Source of the DNA: an uncultured Candidatus Saccharibacteria bacterium
GTDB taxonomy: Bacteria; Patescibacteriota; Saccharimonadia; Saccharimonadales; CAZICT01
Direction: 5' to 3'
Assembly: GCA_964537935.1 (NCBI GenBank)
Contig: CAZICT010000001.1
Location: 134,870-198,869 of the forward strand
DNA: 64,000 nt
The position numbers and the translations under genes are program-made. Position 1 is the stretch's first letter; every line of letters starts with the position of its first letter. This document shows positions 58,840 through 64,000 of this stretch, in pieces. The notes beneath the pieces are model-generated. The model was given only the letters and a program-made list of their open reading frames with translations, was not told the origin of the DNA and did no database searches.

Positions 58840-58857
58840 CCGGCCCCGGGAGCCAAA
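58840..58857 (+). repeat. att-type direct repeat, copy 2
   Basis: An identical 18-mer, CCGGCCCCGGGAGCCAAA, 146 bp downstream of copy 1. No tRNA body precedes it. Confidence 0.8.
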
Positions 58858-59064
58858 CCAAGCAGTGAAAAACCCTGACCGGGTTCCGTGACCAAAAGTC
58901 ACGTTCACTCCTTAGTCAGCCAAGAAAGCAAAGTGCCGATTACAAGGCACGACAGGTTAGAACCGCCAGAAACGGCGGTTCTTTCCTTTCCACCCTGTTA
59001 ATTGGTTCCTGAGTTGACCGGTTTGCCCTATGGGGATTGTGCAGCCGAAACCCAGACCGGGTTC

Positions 59065-60072
59065 CTAGACCGACATCACCTTTTGAAGATTCAGTAGGGG
59101 CTGGGTTTCCGCTGTCGCCAACAGCTGATTTGCCAGTATACGTTTGCGTGCCTTTTCCACTATGGCCTGTCGCTTCAGCCCTTTTTGGCTGGCTAAAATC
59201 ACGCGCTCTGGAGCTATGGATATCCTGAGCTTTCTACCGTTCAGGATGACCCTACACTCTGTGCTCCCCAGAATAGCTTCCGCTGTCTTTACGGCCTCGT
59301 TGGCCGAAAAGACATCTCGCTGTAGCTGGGTGTTTATCACGACCGTATTTATGCCGGGATTATTCCTGAGGTACTCAACAAGCTTTACCCGCTGGTGATC
59401 ATTGACCGCGTAGACATGCGGGATTACCGGCACGCCCAGCCTACTTAGCTCATGTACGTACAAGAGTGACTTATTTAGGTTAATCAGCTGCCCCATGGGG
59501 CACTCGTGCAGGAATAGTGAAAAGTTCATGCCGGTAACAGCATAGAATTTACCCTTAGCTATCTCTTGGAAAAGTGCTATTTCATGCCTATCAAACCATA
59601 GTTTTTCAATGGCAACATCTATGTAGCTGCTGAATAACACAACCTTCTTGCCCTGGAAAACAGGCCTATCTAATGCAGATAGAGATATGCGAACACCGTC
59701 ACGCATGTAGTAGTGGCCCCAGCGCAACTTGGGCTTAGTGCTCAGTATATCCTTGAGGTTTATGCCAACTATTTCTGGGAACCGCTCCGGTTCCCAGTCA
59801 AAACATTCCGGCGGGATCACGACTAAGTCATCCGGTAATGTCGGCGACCCGGTTGCTATGGTTTTATTGGCAAATTCCAGCCCACCAGCGTCTGCTATAT
59901 ACTCCTGCAGGTCGGCACTATGGCAGTCCACGATGCCTCGGTTGTCGCCGGGGCATCGATCACGCACGAGTGCTTTTTCATCTGCACCTATGAGGCCCGG
60001 GACACATGAATCCGAGTCACAGTACATGCTCGCGAACAGCGAGGACTGATTACTAGCGCCTAATCTCCGCAT
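59065..60072 (-). CDS. Hypothetical 335-aa protein: N-terminal Cys cluster plus a DUF4417-like body
   Basis: The N-terminus has CDSDSC...C...C. The central and C-terminal region (VVLFSSYIDVAIEKLWFDRHE ... AVTGMNFSLFLHECPMGQLINLNKSLLYVHELSRLGVPVIPHVY) resembles the DUF4417 pattern as I remember it. This has not been checked against any database. Confidence 0.6.
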   Translation of the reverse strand: MRRLGASNQSSLFASMYCDSDSCVPGLIGADEKALVRDRCPGDNRGIVDCHSADLQEYIADAGGLEFANKTIATGSPTLPDDLVVIPPECFDWEPERFPEIVGINLKDILSTKPKLRWGHYYMRDGVRISLSALDRPVFQGKKVVLFSSYIDVAIEKLWFDRHEIALFQEIAKGKFYAVTGMNFSLFLHECPMGQLINLNKSLLYVHELSRLGVPVIPHVYAVNDHQRVKLVEYLRNNPGINTVVINTQLQRDVFSANEAVKTAEAILGSTECRVILNGRKLRISIAPERVILASQKGLKRQAIVEKARKRILANQLLATAETQPLLNLQKVMSV

Positions 60073-60403
60073 AGCGCACGCCCTTCTTGTCCATAACCTC
60101 GGCCTCTTTGTATGTGTAGCCTAGGCCACCACACTCTTGCACCATCTTGTGCTGTGCTGCGGTAAGCTGTCCAGCAATCGTACCTACGGCGGTTTTTAAC
60201 AGTCTTTCGTCTAGGGTCAGTTTTGTACCGACCGGTATAGTTTGGTCACTTAGTTTAGCGTCAAAAGCCAGCGGGCAGATGTTATTTATGTCCACTGACT
60301 GCGGGCTGGAACCGGCACCGCCAGTTCCCATGCCTACGCTACTTGATTTTGGCCTATTAATGACAGGCCGGTCATTCGCCTTACGGCTTCCGGATGATCC
60401 CAT
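60053..60403 (-). CDS. Hypothetical 116-aa protein, first gene of the two-gene operon
   Basis: The N-terminal ~45 aa are Gly/Ser/Pro/Arg-rich. The C-terminal ~70 aa look globular. It overlaps the downstream gene by 20 nt. Confidence 0.55.
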   Translation of the reverse strand: MGSSGSRKANDRPVINRPKSSSVGMGTGGAGSSPQSVDINNICPLAFDAKLSDQTIPVGTKLTLDERLLKTAVGTIAGQLTAAQHKMVQECGGLGYTYKEAEVMDKKGVRYAEIRR

Positions 60404-60710
60404 AGTGGGTACCCTCTATCCTTTCGTGGCCATGGTAACTTGACCGTTATCGTTATGGTTTGGTAGGATAGAGGCATACGAGGGTTCGCTTCTTGTATGC
60501 CTGAGACGCCAGTTACCGCTGGCGTTTTTGCTATCTTACCACCCCTGTTTATTTGTACCGGCGATTTACGGATTTTTGTCTCTCGTAACACTCGGATAAA
60601 TTTATCGTAACACTGTATGCGGACGATTACAACCATTTATCCGTAAAATTATTACCGAATTGTTGTAAATTATTGAAGGGTGTGCTACAATTAGAGTAAT
60701 CAAAGAAAGG

Positions 60711-61451
60711 ATGCAGATGGGTGTTGGGAAGAATCTTACCAACCTGCGCAAGGCTTCTGGCCTGAGTCAGGATGATGTTGCTCGTGCCCTAGGGATTACG
60801 AGGCCAGCATACAAACAACTTGAAACTGACGGGCGTGAGCCATCGATTGCTGAGATAAATGCACTGAGCGAGCTGTTCGGTGTGCGTGTCGAGGACTTGA
60901 CCAGTACATCCATATTACACAAAACCATCATAACCATGACAAACTGGGATGGCATAGAACAGAGCGTCGATAAGATTAAGTACAAAAACCTTATGCTTTA
61001 TCTTGCCAGTAGAGTTGGCGCGTGGCCAAATGTAGGTGAAACGGTATTCTATAAGCTGATTTATTTTATTGAAACCTTATCTTACTCCAAGAATAAGAAG
61101 ACTATTACTGGCGAGCGATTCCGTAAACTACAATACGGTCCCGTACCAGCATCTTTCCAAACGCTCACGCAAGAAATGATTAACAGTGGGGAGTTGGACA
61201 AAGTTCAGGGCCGGTACTTTACCTACATGCAGACAAAATACTTGCCACGAGTGGAAGCAACCGGATTAACTCCAGAGGAGCGAACCATTATAGATACGAT
61301 CATCAACAAGCTGGGCAGCGAATCTGCTACTTACCTGTCTAACTTGTCACACGAAGACAAGCCTTGGCTTGACGCAGAAGACAATGACTACGTTGATTTG
61401 TCGCTAATTAGTGATACCGACCCTGAAGCCGCTCAGAAAATGGGACGTTGA
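60711..61451 (+). CDS. HTH-XRE regulator fused to a DUF4065 (Panacea/SocA-type antitoxin) domain
   Basis: N-terminal HTH (LRKASGLSQDDVARALGITRPAYKQLETDGREPSIAEINALSELFGV), then KYKNLMLYLASRVG...FYKLIYFIETLSY...TGERFRKLQYGPVP, typical of DUF4065. Confidence 0.8.
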   Translation: MQMGVGKNLTNLRKASGLSQDDVARALGITRPAYKQLETDGREPSIAEINALSELFGVRVEDLTSTSILHKTIITMTNWDGIEQSVDKIKYKNLMLYLASRVGAWPNVGETVFYKLIYFIETLSYSKNKKTITGERFRKLQYGPVPASFQTLTQEMINSGELDKVQGRYFTYMQTKYLPRVEATGLTPEERTIIDTIINKLGSESATYLSNLSHEDKPWLDAEDNDYVDLSLISDTDPEAAQKMGR

Positions 61452-61457
61452 TAGCAC

Positions 61458-62162
61458 CTACTTTCTCTTGCTAATGCGCGCTATCTCTAGCGCACCATTT
61501 CGTAGCTGGAGTTTGGTTTTTATGCCAGTCGCAAATACCGTTCGCTCGGCTTCAGTACCTCGAACAAGTATGTACCTTGAGTACTCCACGAACGGTATGT
61601 CTAGCGGTTGCTCTAGGCTGTAGTGCTCCAGCAGGGTCTTAGTTACTTGGTAATGCCGCTCTACCTTTGACCGCAATTTATCGCTAATATTTATGTCATC
61701 ATGGTTCTTTTCAATAAACTCTTGCAGTAGCACGCATAAGTCTTTTTCGTTGATATATTTTTCCGTGCAGTCTCGATCTACTCGGCGTGTGCAATTGTAG
61801 TAGACGTGACGGTTGAACTCGCCATTCTTCAGCTTTTTGAACTTTTCCTGTGCAGTAAACTCGGCACCGCATTGACCACACTTTATTAGTCCACGGAATG
61901 CAAACTGCTTCGTTCCCCATAAGCCTTTATTGATGCCGCGTGTCTGCTGGATTTCATCAAACAGCTCTTTGGATATCAGTGGCTTGTGCGCTCCTTTGTA
62001 CCATTTCGCATCTGGACCCTCCGGGTATTGAAATTCTCCGTAGTAGAACGGGTTCGTTAGCATCGCCAGTAGACTGCTGATTGGTACGGGCTTACCGCTT
62101 TGTCGGTACGGTGAATGCAGCCTATCCAGCAGCAGGGACGGCGTTTGCCCTCGACAAGTTCC
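61458..62162 (-). pseudogene. Large serine recombinase, 5'-truncated (catalytic resolvase domain missing)
   Basis: Recombinase-domain and zinc-ribbon motifs are present (LTNPFYYGEF ... CGQCGAEF ... YYNCTRR). The frame stays open upstream of the annotated Met (…GKPVPISSLLAMLTNPF) to a stop at 62163-62165. No S-R catalytic N-domain is present. Confidence 0.75.
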
Positions 62163-62356
62163 TTACATGTTCTTTTGATGCGGCGCTTGCGTGTTTCTAT
62201 TTGCTTGGCGTTTTCTACCCAACAGATGAATTCATTACGGGCGAGCGGCGTTATATCTTCCCAGGCCTCCAGGGCTTTAGCATCGGAGGTAAGTGCCTCG
62301 CGCAAATCAGCCGGCAATTTATGGACTACGCCTTCAGAAATTACTTTTGTTGCCAT
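62057..62356 (-). CDS. YdeI/OmpD-associated-family (DUF1801-related) small protein with an aberrant C-terminal tail
   Basis: LPADLREALTSDAKALEAWEDITPLARNEFICWVENAKQIETRKRRIKRTCKELVEGKR matches the family pattern. The last ~25 codons read through the recombinase remnant in another frame. Confidence 0.6.
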   Translation of the reverse strand: MATKVISEGVVHKLPADLREALTSDAKALEAWEDITPLARNEFICWVENAKQIETRKRRIKRTCKELVEGKRRPCCWIGCIHRTDKAVSPYQSAVYWRC

Positions 62357-62452
62357 TAGGTTTTATACTACCGAGATTGCATTTTACTATCAAGGAGCAA
62401 GAGCCACGTCTATTCGCTAAAAGATAGCCGGCAACACTCCTGAAAAGGTATA

Positions 62453-63631
62453 ATGAAGCATATGAAAGCAGTGTCAAAAGCGGCAAATAGAACAAAAGGT
62501 GTATTATCGCCGCCGATTAAATGGCCTGGCGGCAAAACCCAGGAATATCCGTTTATAAAGCATCTGATACCTGATTTCGACCGTTATATTGAGCCGTTCT
62601 TTGGGGGTGGTGCAATTTATTTCATCCTACAGCCAAAAAAAGCCGTAATAAACGATTTTTCCGGTGATTTAATGGACTTTTACCGTTTTTTAAAGGGTGA
62701 TTACGTAACCGATGAGCTGGCAGAGCAGCTTTATGACTATGTTTATAACTGGGAAAAGATTCCAAAATTCATTGCGCTTTTCAATAAAGAACTTTCTGAC
62801 ATTTACGACGATGTTCGGAGCGGCCAACTCGCAAATTCAGAACTTAACCAACGGGTCGAAAGGTTGATTCGCAGCCAAGAAAACAACTTTAACGGGCTGT
62901 TTTCAGCAAGTTTTTGCATTGATCGCTCTAACCTTGAAAAGCAAATAGTCAATAACATCGTCTCCAAGCTTTCGCGTACCGCAGCCATAGAAAAAAAGCA
63001 CGGAACCTTGAGCCGCGCTGACCTGGAAAAGAATTTCGAAACCGCATTCCGGAGCGGCTTTTATATGCATTTTCGTGACTTGATGAATAGAAAAATCGGC
63101 AAAGGCGAGATATCGGCCGCTAAATATACCGCCAATTATTATTTTGTCCGTGAGTTTTGTTACGGTGCTATGTTCAGATACAACGCGGCCGGTCATTTCA
63201 ATATTCCATACGGCGGCATCGCCTATAATCGCAAGGATTTCCGTAAAAAAGTGGACCATATTTTATCGCCCGAATTTCGTTCGATATTTAACGGCACCTC
63301 GATTGAGAACGGAGATTTTTCTGAAATACTTAATAAATACGAAGTTGGCGAGGATGACTTTATTTTTCTTGATCCGCCTTATGATAGCGACTTCAGCAGT
63401 TACGACAACAATGGCTTCGGCATGGAAGATCACCGGCGACTTGCCGAGTTTATTCATAATACAAAAGCAAAATGTATGCTGCTGATTAAGGAAACACCGT
63501 TCATTCAATTCCTCTACAAAGACGCACCCGGCATTAGCATAGAAAGTTTCGATAAACGATACTTATATAACGTCAAAGGCCGCAATAACCAGGACGCAAA
63601 CCATCTTATAATATACAACTATAGCTTATGA
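62453..63631 (+). CDS. Dam-family (D12 class) N6-adenine DNA methyltransferase, enlarged (392 aa)
   Basis: IKWPGGKTQ, the EPFFGGGA SAM-binding motif, and the catalytic DPPY (FLDPPYDSDF). Confidence 0.9.
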   Translation: MKHMKAVSKAANRTKGVLSPPIKWPGGKTQEYPFIKHLIPDFDRYIEPFFGGGAIYFILQPKKAVINDFSGDLMDFYRFLKGDYVTDELAEQLYDYVYNWEKIPKFIALFNKELSDIYDDVRSGQLANSELNQRVERLIRSQENNFNGLFSASFCIDRSNLEKQIVNNIVSKLSRTAAIEKKHGTLSRADLEKNFETAFRSGFYMHFRDLMNRKIGKGEISAAKYTANYYFVREFCYGAMFRYNAAGHFNIPYGGIAYNRKDFRKKVDHILSPEFRSIFNGTSIENGDFSEILNKYEVGEDDFIFLDPPYDSDFSSYDNNGFGMEDHRRLAEFIHNTKAKCMLLIKETPFIQFLYKDAPGISIESFDKRYLYNVKGRNNQDANHLIIYNYSL

Positions 63632-64000
63632 CATACACAGAAAGCGATTTGATAGTACCGGTCTTATCACTCCTCGCGGAAGCGGGTGAGCAAGGCATGA
63701 CAACGACTGAAATTAAAGATACGCTATTAAATCAATTGGAACTTTCCGAGGAAGATTTACGAATCTTAAGCGGCCGTAGTGATTCGCATTTCAGTCAGCA
63801 GGTGCGCAATTTAGTTTCGCACGATACATTAACCAGGAAAAATTTGGCACGTTACGAACCGGGTCGTCCCAGTGGACGATTCTGGATTACAAAAAAGGGC
63901 AGGGAATATCTGTCGGAACATTCCGGCGATTTCGAATTCCTGGTAAGCAGCGGATTCACTGAGGCACAACGCAAGGCGGTTATTGAAACCGATTTTAAAG
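63628..64000 (+). CDS. Partial CDS: winged-helix (Mrr-N-like) N-terminal domain protein, probable restriction partner (3' end beyond the window)
   Basis: The ATG overlaps the methylase stop (ATGA, 63628-63631). The N-terminus LIVPVLSLLAEAGEQGMTTTEIKDTLL...QVRNLVSHDTLTRKNLARYEP...WITKKGREYL resembles the Mrr-type N-terminal winged helix. Confidence 0.55.
   Translation, partial: MTYTESDLIVPVLSLLAEAGEQGMTTTEIKDTLLNQLELSEEDLRILSGRSDSHFSQQVRNLVSHDTLTRKNLARYEPGRPSGRFWITKKGREYLSEHSGDFEFLVSSGFTEAQRKAVIETDFK

Larger units (their letters stand above)
58710..64000. mobile_element. Decayed integrated element / accessory island at tRNA-Asn (right boundary beyond the window)
   Basis: The supporting features are the tRNA 3'-end duplication, elevated GC in sampled lines, a truncated serine recombinase, an antitoxin-domain regulator and R-M genes. 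No intact integrase is visible. Confidence 0.5.

Noticed and set aside
60498-60611. 37-codon hydrophobic + strand ORF (MPETPVTAGVFAILPPLFICTG...) in the island control region, considered as a type I toxin.
   Set aside because: It has no Shine-Dalgarno. The ORF spans an intrinsic terminator hairpin, so a transcript would end inside it. It is better explained as non-coding regulatory RNA or DNA.

Overview
This is a 64-kb chromosomal window from a gene-dense genome. Hand-counted 60-nt lines in ordinary genes give about 38-48% GC. The content includes the L11-L1-L10-L7/L12 block, dnaX-dnaB-ybaB-recR, a complete F1Fo ATP synthase operon, pyrimidine salvage genes with ThyX, an LPXTG surface protein and many short lineage-specific ORFs. 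This is consistent with a Patescibacteria/CPR organism of the Saccharibacteria type, but that is inference only. I call about 80 CDS. RNA genes are tRNA-Gln(UUG) at 32272-32346 and tRNA-Asn(GUU) at 58635-58709, plus a truncated tRNA-Gln copy. Regulatory calls are a perfect CIRCE operator before hsp20, an L10-leader-type attenuator and several intrinsic terminators. There are two pseudogenes: a GNAT acetyltransferase and a large serine recombinase. I saw no rRNA, CRISPR array, intact transposase or intact integrase. Most of the window is core housekeeping. The best candidate for something new is the right end. The last 18 nt of tRNA-Asn are repeated 146 bp downstream, an att-type scar. A higher-GC accessory island follows (about 55-68% in sampled lines). 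It holds an overlapping two-gene operon of unknown function: 116 aa plus 335 aa, the latter with an N-terminal Cys cluster and a DUF4417-like body. Divergent from it is an HTH-XRE/DUF4065 (Panacea-type antitoxin domain) gene. The 307-bp region between them is operator-rich and carries a candidate cis-antisense sRNA. The island also has a decapitated serine recombinase run into by a YdeI-like gene, and an enlarged Dam-family methylase coupled to a winged-helix partner. Other items worth a second look:
- an extra 115-aa ORF translationally coupled between atpG and atpD
- a Tmk-like domain with a degenerate P-loop fused to a tandem ThyX
- an unassigned kinase / nucleotidyltransferase / HIT operon
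- a roughly 60% GC orphan patch upstream of rplJ
- a rearranged tRNA-Gln locus with 67-bp flank repeats bracketing glsB
- a duplicated smpB 3' end that differs only at synonymous positions
- an A7 slippery run in dnaX
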